Source: an uncultured Gammaproteobacteria bacterium (GTDB taxonomy: Bacteria; Patescibacteriota; Patescibacteriia; Magasanikbacterales; GWA2-37-8). From it: a DNA stretch of 53,447 bases. The position numbers were made by a program, and so were the translations under genes. The DNA lies in assembly GCA_964363145.1 (NCBI GenBank), contig CAYIHE010000001.1:1-53447 (forward strand), given 5' to 3'. How positions within the stretch are numbered: the stretch's first letter is position 1; each line of letters opens with the position of its first letter. Below are positions 42,303 through 51,209 of the stretch, one piece after another. A model generated the notes under the pieces. The model searched no databases. It saw nothing but the letters and a program-made list of their open reading frames with translations, and was not told where the DNA came from.

Positions 42303-42998
42303 TTACCTCCCCCACAAGTAGGACAGGTTGAAGCCGCTTACGGCGGCGTACTCTTGGGGAGTGTCCCCGTGAGCGCGCGAACCGCGCACACCGTAGGAAA
42401 CATACCCCTCAAGCAACATCCCGGCCTTTTCTACCGCTACCCGGAAAGACGGGCCGTAGAACGTCTCGTTCCAGGTCTCGCGTGGATGCGAGTCCTGGTT
42501 GATGGTTCCGAGCAGGTCGAAACCGACCCCGAAAGCCACGATCTTCGTATCCGGCGTTGCGTAGCACATGACGGCTACGGAGCTGGACACGGAGATGGTG
42601 TTGAAGCGGCCATCGCCCAGTCCGGCCCGGGCGCGAATGCGCCACGGCGAGGACTTGAAGCCGATCTGACCGACGAGGTCGGCTGTGATCGCCAGACCGC
42701 CACTTGGGTCTCCAAGCAGGTAGGCGTAGCCGAAGCCGATGCCTCCACGAAGGGAGGTGTCGGACTTCTCCTCCACCACGACGAGCCGGGTGGGGGCCGC
42801 CAGCGCCACCTTCTTCTTGAAGAATGGGACCGGGATGAGAACCTCGATGGTGAGGGTCTCACCGGCCTTGGGGGCCGAGAAGACCATTGGCTTGTCGGCG
42901 TCTTCGGCCGACACGGTGACGGTCTTGTCCTCGGCGCGAGCGTTCGTCACGCCTACGGCACAGAACATCAGAAACACCATCTGCTTCGCATTCTTCAT
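42303..42998 (-). CDS. High-GC secreted protein with an outer-membrane beta-barrel-like pattern
   Basis: 231 aa. Signal peptide MKNAKQMVFLMFCAVGVTNARA. About 8 alternating-hydrophobic strands (GIGFGYAYLLG, KIVAFGVGFDLLG, YAAVSGFNLSYLW). SD GAGGAG at 43007-43012. Confidence 0.65.
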   Translation of the reverse strand: MKNAKQMVFLMFCAVGVTNARAEDKTVTVSAEDADKPMVFSAPKAGETLTIEVLIPVPFFKKKVALAAPTRLVVVEEKSDTSLRGGIGFGYAYLLGDPSGGLAITADLVGQIGFKSSPWRIRARAGLGDGRFNTISVSSSVAVMCYATPDTKIVAFGVGFDLLGTINQDSHPRETWNETFYGPSFRVAVEKAGMLLEGYVSYGVRGSRAHGDTPQEYAAVSGFNLSYLWGR

Positions 42999-43226
42999 CT
43001 TCTCGTCTCCTCTGGTCCCGCTCCTGCGGGGCCGTTTGTGAATTGTAAAAAACGATCTTCTTCATCCCCCCACCACTATTAGTGAGGAGACCAAGTGATC
43101 GTGCGAGTGGTTTAGACTCGCACGGGGTAGGCATGATCCCGATTCGCCGGTTGGCAAATGGGACACATGTGTTGGTCGGTGAGGGACCTGCCATGCACCG
43201 GTCGCCCTAGGCGACCTGGTGCGGGG

Positions 43227-43784
43227 CTACTCCTCGCCGAAATACACGGGCTCCAGCCTCGGCACGACTACGATCGTGCCGAGCTGGGTTGAGACAGGCG
43301 CGGCCCTGATGGCCGCAACCTCCTGCTCGACGGCCTCGACCCTTTGCCGAACGTTCTGCGCGTACTTGCGCAGATCGCGGCGGTTGGCCTTCTTGGCGTC
43401 GTCCAGATCGACCAAGTCGGCCTTGGTCTTGAGATCGCTCAGGTCGGCCTTGCTGGCCTGCAGCTTCTTGATCTCGCTGAGGAGGCCTGCGGCGGACTGG
43501 CGGTCCGTCACTGCGTCGGCCTCCAAGACCCCAGTCCTTTTCTCGACCTGGAGTATGCGAACCTGCAGCATGGTGATGTCCGCGCCGGTCTGGGCCGTCT
43601 GGGCCTTGACCGTGGCCGCGCTGTTGTCGCGCGACACCTTGCCTTGGCAAGTGACAGCCAGGAGAACCAGTGTCGCGGCCAAGATCATGGCCATGAAAAC
43701 CGCAAATGCTACCGGCTTGCGCTGTGGCCGCTTCGTCACCGCCGTCGACTCGTCCGGATTTCCACCGTTCTGCTGTCCGCTCAT
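43227..43784 (-). CDS. High-GC single-pass membrane protein with a coiled-coil ectodomain
   Basis: 185 aa. TM segment VAFAVFMAMILAATLVLLAV, then heptad-like LQVRILQVEKR...LLSEIKKLQASKADLSDLK. SD GAGGAG at 43792-43797. Confidence 0.65.
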   Translation of the reverse strand: MSGQQNGGNPDESTAVTKRPQRKPVAFAVFMAMILAATLVLLAVTCQGKVSRDNSAATVKAQTAQTGADITMLQVRILQVEKRTGVLEADAVTDRQSAAGLLSEIKKLQASKADLSDLKTKADLVDLDDAKKANRRDLRKYAQNVRQRVEAVEQEVAAIRAAPVSTQLGTIVVVPRLEPVYFGEE

Positions 43785-43846
43785 GTTCTTTCTCCTCTCG
43801 GTCAGTTCACCCTCGTCTTGGCCACACGGCCTACGAAGGGTTTGAT

Positions 43847-43938
43847 TGTCATTCTGAACCTAATAAAGAATTTCTGCTTTGTAAAACAGACAGAGATTCT
43901 TCACTACGTTCAGAATGACAATTGGTGACAGAATGACA
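43847..43938. repeat. Family B element with duplicated right terminus at the island border
   Basis: TGTCATTCTGAACC...GACAGAGATTCTTCACTACGTTCAGAATGACA (to 43920), plus a second ACAGAATGACA (43928-43938). Confidence 0.85.
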
Positions 43939-44070
43939 ATCGGATAATTGGTGGACTTATGTTTTAAAACAGCAAAACCTCCGTATGAGAGAGGTTGTAA
44001 AAGGTTTGACGACCCGCGCAATATTCTCTCGATATTGTTGGGCCGGTCTTTAACTTTTAAAAGACGTATT

Positions 44071-44099
44071 ACTATATCATACATCCCAAAATTTGTCAA
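44071..44099 (-). promoter_or_regulatory. Consensus sigma70-like promoter facing the high-GC island
   Basis: On the minus strand: TTGACA (44094-44099), 17-nt spacer, TATAGT (44071-44076). Confidence 0.45.
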
Positions 44100-44120
44100 T
44101 AGGCGCGCCCCGCAAAAACC

Positions 44121-44148
44121 AAAAATTAGCCGATATTTGGCTAATTTT
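44121..44148 (-). terminator. Intrinsic terminator of the giant gene
   Basis: On the minus strand: AAAATTAGCC-AAATATC-GGCTAATTTTT, then GGTTTTT. Lies 34 nt after the stop. Confidence 0.6.
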
Positions 44149-44181
44149 AGAGAAAAAATAAGTTATCTCAAAACAAGTATT

Positions 44182-47100
44182 TTAACGTCCGGTTATATCT
44201 TTTAGCTTATTTAAGTCCTCCCACTGCTCATCGGACAATTTAATAGCTTCTTGGTGTGTAAATTTTCTAGTTACACCATATTGGTCCGTCATAAGCAATT
44301 CGCCTTTTTCGTTAGTGTTAAAAATCCAATCTTTATCATGAATAAAAATATCTTCACCTTCCACCGGATCCCAAATTCTAGCCGCATGTCCACCGTTGGT
44401 CAAAACTGGTTCTCGGAGCACTTCCCTACCTTCAATCATAACTAAATCAATTACTTTGTCTTCTTTTTTAAACATAACGTCGCGAAAATCAGACATCCAA
44501 TCTGGTTTATATGTGTTAAATTTCTCTTCCACGGCTAAAACTTTTTCTATTATTCTTAAATTTTCACTACCTGTAATCTCGTGGCTAGAAAGCTTCTCAA
44601 ATATAAGATCCGGCTGATTATTATACAAGAAATCAATTTTCTTTTGCAAAATTATTTCCGAATCACCCCGGAAAACAAATGAGTTGTTAAATTTTTCTAT
44701 GGTCGCGTCTACCATTTTATCGTAAGTATTTATAAATTCTCTAGGACTGGAACCACGCTCACGCAAAAATTCATTGGCAGAAACACGAACATCCTCGGCT
44801 GGCGCCGCCGCTGTTTCTATTCCCGCGGAACCTTTTGCGCCAACTGACACAGCCGATGTTTTGGTTTCCACCGCCGAAGTTTTGGCAGATATAGTATTCA
44901 AAGTTTTTTCCACACGCGTTGGAGCCGGCGCGTTGATTTTTGCTTCCGGCGGATAATCGGTCATTAGTTCCGCTCCCGATTTGGCAGACACTTCTTTGGC
45001 TGCTTCCAGCGGACTAGTTCTTTCCAAAGTGGTATGTTCGGACAAAACAAATTTGGGTTCTGTTGCAACAGGCTCGGCGCCGGGCAATACGGCCGCTGTT
45101 TCGTGATGAATACCCGTGCTCATTTGATCTACCGTTACAGACCCGCTGCCGCTTAAAATTGGCTGGTTATTTTCCAAACCAAAGTAGTTGACTTCTCCAC
45201 GAACATGATTATCAATCCCGGGTTTGGCATCAGTAGCATCAACTTCCAATCCGGCGTTGGCCAAATCCGTGCTTTCCCTGCCTTGCATAGCTCTAAACAA
45301 CCCTCTTACCATTTTGTTATCTTCTTCGTCATACTGCCGGGCAAATTTCAAGTACTGGGCAGGCGTATCTTTATCAATATACTTGGACAAATAACTTAAA
45401 TGCCGCTCGCTAAAATCCTGGCTCTGCAAATATTTGGCGGCTGATTCCGGCCCGCCTTTTTTTAATAATTCTTCAAAAATCACCTGCCGGCGTTCTCCTC
45501 CGCCTTCGTCTAAAGTATCTATGTGACCCTTAATAAAACTATAATGTGAACGAACGCCGCCTCCAACTTGGCTGGAGTTTAAAATATTCTGAACTGAATC
45601 CGGATTATTTAATTCCGGATATTCTTGTGCCAAATTACTAAGCGCGGCCGCGGCTTCCGGACTTAATTTATGTTCCAGAGCAAATTGATCCACGGAAAAA
45701 CTAGACGCCACTTCTACCGGAACAACCGAGGAGCTAACTTCACCAGACGCCATTTGTTTCGGTTCCAGTCCCTCTTCACCGGCCGGATGCGAGGATTGTT
45801 TATGATCTCCGCGCAAATACTCTTGTAATTTGGCGGTACCATAACCCAGCCCGGCGCCAGCCACCGCGCCAACTACCCCATACCCAACCGCGCGCCACCA
45901 GCCGGGTTTGCGCAAAATTCTTTGTTTGATATTTTGCTGTTCAGTGGTTAAGCTTTCTAAATCTTTATTTAAACCGGTTAAAAGATTTTCCACGGCACTA
46001 TGGCGCAAATTTTCCGGAGCCGGCACTTCATCTAATTGCGGAGCTTCGTTTAAATAAATATTTATCTGCAAAGATTCCACTCGACGCAAAACATTTTGAG
46101 CGCGTAATTTTAAATTTATATCGCCTTCCAACATTCCCAAAGTTAAAGGCACACGCAAATCTTTGGCGCTTTCTGCCAATTCCGCCATATTTTCCGGCTT
46201 GAATTCGCCCGCATTTTCTGTTTTTTGCCTTTGCGCCCAAGTTTCTACCAATTTTTCCGCTTTAGCGATATTGTTTTTAAATTCTTTTTCAAATTGCATT
46301 TCTCTGGCTTTGCGATCTTTGAGGTGGCCATATTTTACTCCCAAGTAACCGCCGGCCGCAGCGCCCAACAAGGCCCGCAGTTCCGGCGCCGCGGCCAAAG
46401 CCGCGCCAATGCTGGCGCCAGCTGCCACTGAACCTAAAACCGAAGCGATTTTTCTGGCACTGCTTTCTTTTTTAACCGGATCTTTATCAGCGTCTTTAAC
46501 AAACTTGCTGAATTCTTGGCCATAAATAGTCAGGTTTTGCAATTTTTTAACAATTTTCGGATCGCGATTAATAAGCTCCTGGATTAAAGCTTCCAAATCT
46601 TTGTCTTCGTATAATTTTTTGATTAAAACTTCAACTCTTTCGGTTTGACTGCGTTTTATTTCTATTGCCGATTCTTCGCCAGAGGATATTTTTACTTCGG
46701 CAAATTCTTTGTCAATTTGGCCGGCGACTTCTTCCAAAGCAACTTCGGCGTTGGCTTTTACTTTGGTTATATCTTCATTTTTTACTGCCGAAGCGCTGGC
46801 GTCGCGCAAACTCTGGCTTAACATGGCGGAAAGCTGTTCCAGCATTTGCGGACCTTCTTCGCCGGTAAATTGAGCCAGCAAACTATCGCGCAAGTTTAAA
46901 GATTTTTCTTCTTTTATTTTTTCTTTGCCAACGGAAATTTCCTGATTGGCGTTTTCTTTTCTTTTATTAAACCAGCCCCTAATGCCATCCACTTTGTTTT
47001 TTAGTCCACGCAACAATCCGGTGGCGCCGCCTACAGCGGCGCCACGAACCGCGCTACTGGCGCCGCCAGTGGACAGCAACAATCCCACACTGCCGCCCAA

Positions 47101-49017
47101 AACCGCGAATGGCAAAATGTTTATTGCCGCCAATTTTAAATGCGCGGCCGGATTTTCTTTAAATTTATCCCACAAATTTATGTTTTTATTCAGCCAATTG
47201 CGCGACATCTGTTCCACCCATTTTTTTATCATCTCAAACGAATGTTTGTGCAAATTTTCCACCCATGCTTTTTTAAATTCATCCGGCGTGTAATCAAAAC
47301 CGGCCAGAGTTTTTTTCAGAGCGGCTTCGTCCAAATCTTTTCTGGAAAAAATATCTTTTAACAAAATTCCGGCAACATCAATATTACCCAAAATAATTTC
47401 ATTAACCACTTCCTGCAATTTTTTCTCGCCAATGATTTCCAGCAGATCGTTTTCCTTGATATCCACAACGCGCTTTTTACGTTCCGAAGATTTTGGAGCT
47501 ACGGGCGGAGCCGTTGGTTCCGGTGTTTCTTGTGTTTCCGGCGGTTCCGGTTGTTCCGGTGGTTGCGGCGCTTCGGCGCGCGGCGGCGGCGGATTTTCAA
47601 GCCACGCTTTCAAGGCATCTTCATCAGCTTTTCTTTTGGTGGCAATGGCTTCTTCTTTTTCCTTTTCCACAGCTTTTTTTATATTGTCTTGGATATCTTT
47701 ACTTACGCCATCAATTTCCGCCTGAATAAACTTTGCTTCCTCATCAAACTCCTTGCCTTTATTATGCCAGATTTCTGGGATCATTCGCACTTTTAGGCCT
47801 TCCATAGTATCGTAAAATTCTTTGACAATGTCGGCATACTTGCCTTCTGATTTTTCCCTATATAATTCTAACAGCGCGTCTAATGATGCGTGTAATGATT
47901 TTAATGTTAAAACTCTTTCCGCCGCATCTCTGTTTTGTGTTTCTAAATCATCGGCAATCGGCTCCGGCGGTTTTGGCGATTTTGGCGATTTTGGTTCGGC
48001 ATGCGGCTTTGCTTTTTTTGGCAAAATACCGCCATGTTCAAAAATTTCTTTTATGTCCGGTTCTAAATTTGCGACTAACTCACTAAAATTCTTATCAAAA
48101 TTATCCATGCTGGCATTAAAAATTTCTAGGTCATCATGCATTTTATCTGCGGTATTCAAATCATCCAGCAAGGATGTCATTTGTTCGTCATATTTGCTGT
48201 ACAAATTTCTTTTTCTTTGCTCCTTTTTATCTGCTTCTTTAATAATATTCGTCAGCAATAAAAAATTTTGATCGTGTTTATCAAATAAACGTTTGCGCTG
48301 TTTTCGTTGTTCTTTTTTTTCTTTTTCAGCATCAACGGACTGGAGCTCTGCCGGTTTTACCGGAGATTTGGCGGCGGATTCATCTTGCTTATCTTCGTCA
48401 ATCATGCGATTGAGTATGAGATGTAAATCTCCCAAGCGATTTTTAAAATCATCACGCGCTTCATCCATTTTTTTATAGTCTTTATTTTTCAGCAAACTTT
48501 TCATTTTATCTAAAATTTTGCCGAGTTCAGCCAGCTCGCTTTCGTCAACATCCATTTCATGTTTATCCGCACGCGCCTTAAATTCTTCTAATTCTTTTTC
48601 GGCGTCAAAGTAATGATTCTCAAATTTTTTAAATTCAATATCTTCCGTCGCGGCTATAACTTCCAGCTCTTTAACATCTTTTTGTTTTTGTTCTTCTGCC
48701 GCTTCCGGCACTTCGGTTTTAAGTTCTTCTATATCATATTTTATTTTCCCCATTTCTTTTGTTACTTTAACTAACTTACCGGCAAATACTGACGGATCGT
48801 TTATAAATTTTTTAAGACTTCCATTTTCGTTATTAATCTCAAAAATAAAAGCTTCGATTGTTTTTATCAAATTATCAACTTTTTTTCCTTTTTTATCCAA
48901 ACCGACTAAACCCACTTGTAAACTATTTAATTCATCCAGTTTTTTTTGTATGGATCCTTCTCTCTCTGCCTTGGTGGTAATGGAAAAAGGAGATTTATCC
49001 GGATTTTTTTTGGCCAT
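44182..49017 (-). CDS. Giant 1611-aa coiled-coil / Gly-Ala-zipper membrane-associated protein, function unknown
   Basis: Single uninterrupted ORF with host-like composition. K/E-rich helical N-terminal ~560 aa. Two Pro-rich linkers. Three G/A-rich hydrophobic hairpins. No catalytic motif recognised. Confidence 0.85.
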   Translation of the reverse strand: MAKKNPDKSPFSITTKAEREGSIQKKLDELNSLQVGLVGLDKKGKKVDNLIKTIEAFIFEINNENGSLKKFINDPSVFAGKLVKVTKEMGKIKYDIEELKTEVPEAAEEQKQKDVKELEVIAATEDIEFKKFENHYFDAEKELEEFKARADKHEMDVDESELAELGKILDKMKSLLKNKDYKKMDEARDDFKNRLGDLHLILNRMIDEDKQDESAAKSPVKPAELQSVDAEKEKKEQRKQRKRLFDKHDQNFLLLTNIIKEADKKEQRKRNLYSKYDEQMTSLLDDLNTADKMHDDLEIFNASMDNFDKNFSELVANLEPDIKEIFEHGGILPKKAKPHAEPKSPKSPKPPEPIADDLETQNRDAAERVLTLKSLHASLDALLELYREKSEGKYADIVKEFYDTMEGLKVRMIPEIWHNKGKEFDEEAKFIQAEIDGVSKDIQDNIKKAVEKEKEEAIATKRKADEDALKAWLENPPPPRAEAPQPPEQPEPPETQETPEPTAPPVAPKSSERKKRVVDIKENDLLEIIGEKKLQEVVNEIILGNIDVAGILLKDIFSRKDLDEAALKKTLAGFDYTPDEFKKAWVENLHKHSFEMIKKWVEQMSRNWLNKNINLWDKFKENPAAHLKLAAINILPFAVLGGSVGLLLSTGGASSAVRGAAVGGATGLLRGLKNKVDGIRGWFNKRKENANQEISVGKEKIKEEKSLNLRDSLLAQFTGEEGPQMLEQLSAMLSQSLRDASASAVKNEDITKVKANAEVALEEVAGQIDKEFAEVKISSGEESAIEIKRSQTERVEVLIKKLYEDKDLEALIQELINRDPKIVKKLQNLTIYGQEFSKFVKDADKDPVKKESSARKIASVLGSVAAGASIGAALAAAPELRALLGAAAGGYLGVKYGHLKDRKAREMQFEKEFKNNIAKAEKLVETWAQRQKTENAGEFKPENMAELAESAKDLRVPLTLGMLEGDINLKLRAQNVLRRVESLQINIYLNEAPQLDEVPAPENLRHSAVENLLTGLNKDLESLTTEQQNIKQRILRKPGWWRAVGYGVVGAVAGAGLGYGTAKLQEYLRGDHKQSSHPAGEEGLEPKQMASGEVSSSVVPVEVASSFSVDQFALEHKLSPEAAAALSNLAQEYPELNNPDSVQNILNSSQVGGGVRSHYSFIKGHIDTLDEGGGERRQVIFEELLKKGGPESAAKYLQSQDFSERHLSYLSKYIDKDTPAQYLKFARQYDEEDNKMVRGLFRAMQGRESTDLANAGLEVDATDAKPGIDNHVRGEVNYFGLENNQPILSGSGSVTVDQMSTGIHHETAAVLPGAEPVATEPKFVLSEHTTLERTSPLEAAKEVSAKSGAELMTDYPPEAKINAPAPTRVEKTLNTISAKTSAVETKTSAVSVGAKGSAGIETAAAPAEDVRVSANEFLRERGSSPREFINTYDKMVDATIEKFNNSFVFRGDSEIILQKKIDFLYNNQPDLIFEKLSSHEITGSENLRIIEKVLAVEEKFNTYKPDWMSDFRDVMFKKEDKVIDLVMIEGREVLREPVLTNGGHAARIWDPVEGEDIFIHDKDWIFNTNEKGELLMTDQYGVTRKFTHQEAIKLSDEQWEDLNKLKDITGR

Positions 49018-49022
49018 ATAAA

Positions 49023-49352
49023 TTATTTAGAAGCCAGCAATTGCTTGGTTTTTTCGGTAAATTCAACTAAAACTTCTTTTACTTTTTCTTCAAAATTCGG
49101 CGCGGAATCATGCCAAAAGTTTTTCCATTCTTCTGGAGAAGTATTTTCGTTGTTTGACAATTTTACAAACTTGTCGGTTTGTTTATCGTTTAACTGGGGC
49201 AGAAGTTTTAACCCCAAGCGCATTTCCACTTGCGCCATTATTTGCGGCACATAAATTTTTTTCTGCTCCTCGGCCAAGCTGATTTTGTTTTCCTCCAATA
49301 AAGCCAGGACGTATTCAATTAGGAAATCAAATTGGTGTTTAGTTTGCGACAT
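49023..49352 (-). CDS. Hypothetical 109-aa protein
   Basis: ORF 5 nt upstream of the giant gene, on the same strand. No motif. Confidence 0.55.
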   Translation of the reverse strand: MSQTKHQFDFLIEYVLALLEENKISLAEEQKKIYVPQIMAQVEMRLGLKLLPQLNDKQTDKFVKLSNNENTSPEEWKNFWHDSAPNFEEKVKEVLVEFTEKTKQLLASK

Positions 49353-49372
49353 AAGATTAAATTATGAATAAT

Positions 49373-49987
49373 TTAAATTGAAATTCCAAAAATGTGTTTT
49401 TTGCGCCGCGCCACCCAGAGAGAGGAAATAAAAAATCCGACCAGCAGTCCAACTGCGAAATTTACCGGTAAATTAGGGCGCGCCTGCCATTTGGCCACCA
49501 ATGGCGTGCTGACTATTTTTATGGCCACATCCCCTCCCAGATATTCCCAGCCCTGCGCGGACACGGTTTGCGTTACGGCGCCGGACAAACTAACGGCTTC
49601 TTCTTTACTCTCCGCGTAAACTTTTATGCTCATTAGACCGGTGCCGTAAATCATAGCGGCCTGCACGTCTTTAGCCCATTTTTTTCTTTGCTGGCGATCG
49701 GGGAGTTTTTTCCACGCGTCTTTGTTAAAAGAAACAACTGTGGAATTTAAAGTTTTGTTAAAAAAATCCGTAGTTTTCATGATTTGCGCCAAATTAACGC
49801 CAACTCGCTCCGCGGAACGCGCTTGTGTATATGGATCAACGCCGGTTTTATCGCGGGAAATTATTAACACCTGACTAGTAGCGCTATATTGTTTAGGAAA
49901 AAACCAGCTAATGCCGACGGATAAAAAAGCTAAAACCAAAGCCCATGCCACTATTAATTTTATGTGTTTGAATAAAAGACGAAACAT
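49373..49987 (-). CDS. Wzz-like polysaccharide chain-length determinant family protein
   Basis: 204 aa. N-terminal TM plus PKQYSATSQVLI. C-terminal Pro-rich stretch (PLVAKWQARPNLP) before a second TM. Confidence 0.55.
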   Translation of the reverse strand: MFRLLFKHIKLIVAWALVLAFLSVGISWFFPKQYSATSQVLIISRDKTGVDPYTQARSAERVGVNLAQIMKTTDFFNKTLNSTVVSFNKDAWKKLPDRQQRKKWAKDVQAAMIYGTGLMSIKVYAESKEEAVSLSGAVTQTVSAQGWEYLGGDVAIKIVSTPLVAKWQARPNLPVNFAVGLLVGFFISSLWVARRKKHIFGISI

Positions 49988-49993
49988 ATATTT

Positions 49994-51037
49994 TTATTTT
50001 GTTTGTATTATTTTAACTTTTAAATCCAACTGTTTTCCTCCGCGCAAAACTTTGGCGTCCACGCTCTGGCTATCATTGATAATATACCATAAATTGTCCG
50101 GCTCCACAACTCGGCCGTTGACCTGCGTAATCACATCTCCTTTGCGCAAAACACTAGCAGGCGACCAAACATTGGCGACATAAAATCCTTTTATTTTTTC
50201 TTTGCCAAAAACTATTGGCTGTTCGTCGCTAAACCAGCCATCAGCGCCAAGCGATGGATATGAAACTGTCTTTTGGCTTAAAACTTTCGGCAAAATTCTG
50301 GCTATATAAAAACTGGGCAAAAGCAAATTTTTTTCCGTGATAAAACCAGCCACTCGCCCCTGATTATTTACAGCGACCCTGCCAGCGCCAAACAATCCGC
50401 TTAAAGAATAAAACTGCAAAGGCGCTAAATCAAAATGCGGAATTGAGCCGCTTAAAATCGGATACAGAATAAAACCGTGATACCAATATAAATCCTGGAA
50501 AACAAATAAATCATCTGAAACCAAAACACTGTCGATAAAACTGACTACTTTAAATTGCCGATCTTGAATTTTTAAAAAAAGAATGTTGGAATATTTATCA
50601 AATATGGCGCTTTCCGGCTGGGATACTTTATTGTCGCCGGTCACCACCTGCAAACTTTTGTAGCCGCCATCGTAGCCGGGCAGATACATGGCCAGCCAGC
50701 CATCCGAACTGACCATCACCCCGTCGCCAATTTTTTTATTTAAATAACTGACGCCGCCGGCGCTAATTGAACCTTTATAAATAGACACGATGCGCGTGGA
50801 AATTTCTTCGCGCACATGATTTTCCAGTTGTACGCGAGACATGCTAGGACGAGTATAACTGGTTATCCATGCTTCACCCTCGGCAAATCTAGGCCAAATC
50901 CATCCAAGCATCATGCTGGCGCCGCTCATTCCCGCAATTAAACCAAAAACTACCGCCACGCCCAAAAATTTTAACCGGCGCAATCGACGATGATTTTCTA
51001 TACTACATGATTTTGGAGGAAGGTGGGGAGGGAGCAT
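49994..51037 (-). CDS. Membrane-anchored HtrA-like protein with a PDZ domain, catalytic triad apparently lost
   Basis: 347 aa. GDGVMVSSDGWLAMYLPG replaces the expected ...TNxHV block. FGAGRVAVNNQGRVAGFI replaces GNSGGP. C-terminal PDZ-like block LRKGDVITQVNGRVV. Confidence 0.6.
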   Translation of the reverse strand: MLPPHLPPKSCSIENHRRLRRLKFLGVAVVFGLIAGMSGASMMLGWIWPRFAEGEAWITSYTRPSMSRVQLENHVREEISTRIVSIYKGSISAGGVSYLNKKIGDGVMVSSDGWLAMYLPGYDGGYKSLQVVTGDNKVSQPESAIFDKYSNILFLKIQDRQFKVVSFIDSVLVSDDLFVFQDLYWYHGFILYPILSGSIPHFDLAPLQFYSLSGLFGAGRVAVNNQGRVAGFITEKNLLLPSFYIARILPKVLSQKTVSYPSLGADGWFSDEQPIVFGKEKIKGFYVANVWSPASVLRKGDVITQVNGRVVEPDNLWYIINDSQSVDAKVLRGGKQLDLKVKIIQTK

Positions 51038-51074
51038 AACCGAAATTTTTAATTTCTAATGACTAATTTCTAAT

Positions 51075-51207
51075 TGTCATTGCGAGGAGCCGTAGCGACG
51101 CGGTCCCGTAGCGAACGGGATCCGCGATCTTCGAGATCGGGACAACCTCTTAGTTAGCACTACCAAACCATGAGATTGCTTCCCCGCCTAGGCGGGTCGC
51201 AATGACA
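51075..51207. repeat. MITE-like palindromic element, family A
   Basis: Left ~70 nt near-identical to 2200-2270. Ends GTCGCAATGACA. Fills the spacer between 51210..52001 and the HtrA-like gene. Confidence 0.85.
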
Positions 51208-51209
51208 AA

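Noticed and set aside
41331-43928. More than fifteen overlapping ORFs on both strands in the high-GC island (for example 41383..41802, 41425..41928, 41454..42137, 42237..43082, 43207..43650, 43219..43845, 43344..43928).
   Set aside because: Long open frames in all phases are expected in high-GC DNA. Only the three minus-strand ORFs have an SD at the right distance, signal or TM sequences, and non-Arg/Pro/Gly-dominated composition. The others are Arg/Gly/Pro-rich shadow frames.
41030-43940. Simple explanation of the high-GC island as an assembly chimera or contaminant contig join.
   Set aside because: Not adopted. Host-type AT-rich family-B elements lie inside the island (42047-42120, 42175-42212) and at its border. 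A host-type promoter and the giant gene's terminator flank it in register. Read-level confirmation is still required.
1106-51207. Possibility that the recurring TGTCAT...ATGACA elements and hairpin modules are a CRISPR array.
   Set aside because: Copies are dispersed kilobases apart, vary in length (37-133 bp), are themselves palindromic and are not separated by uniform spacers. No cas genes are present.
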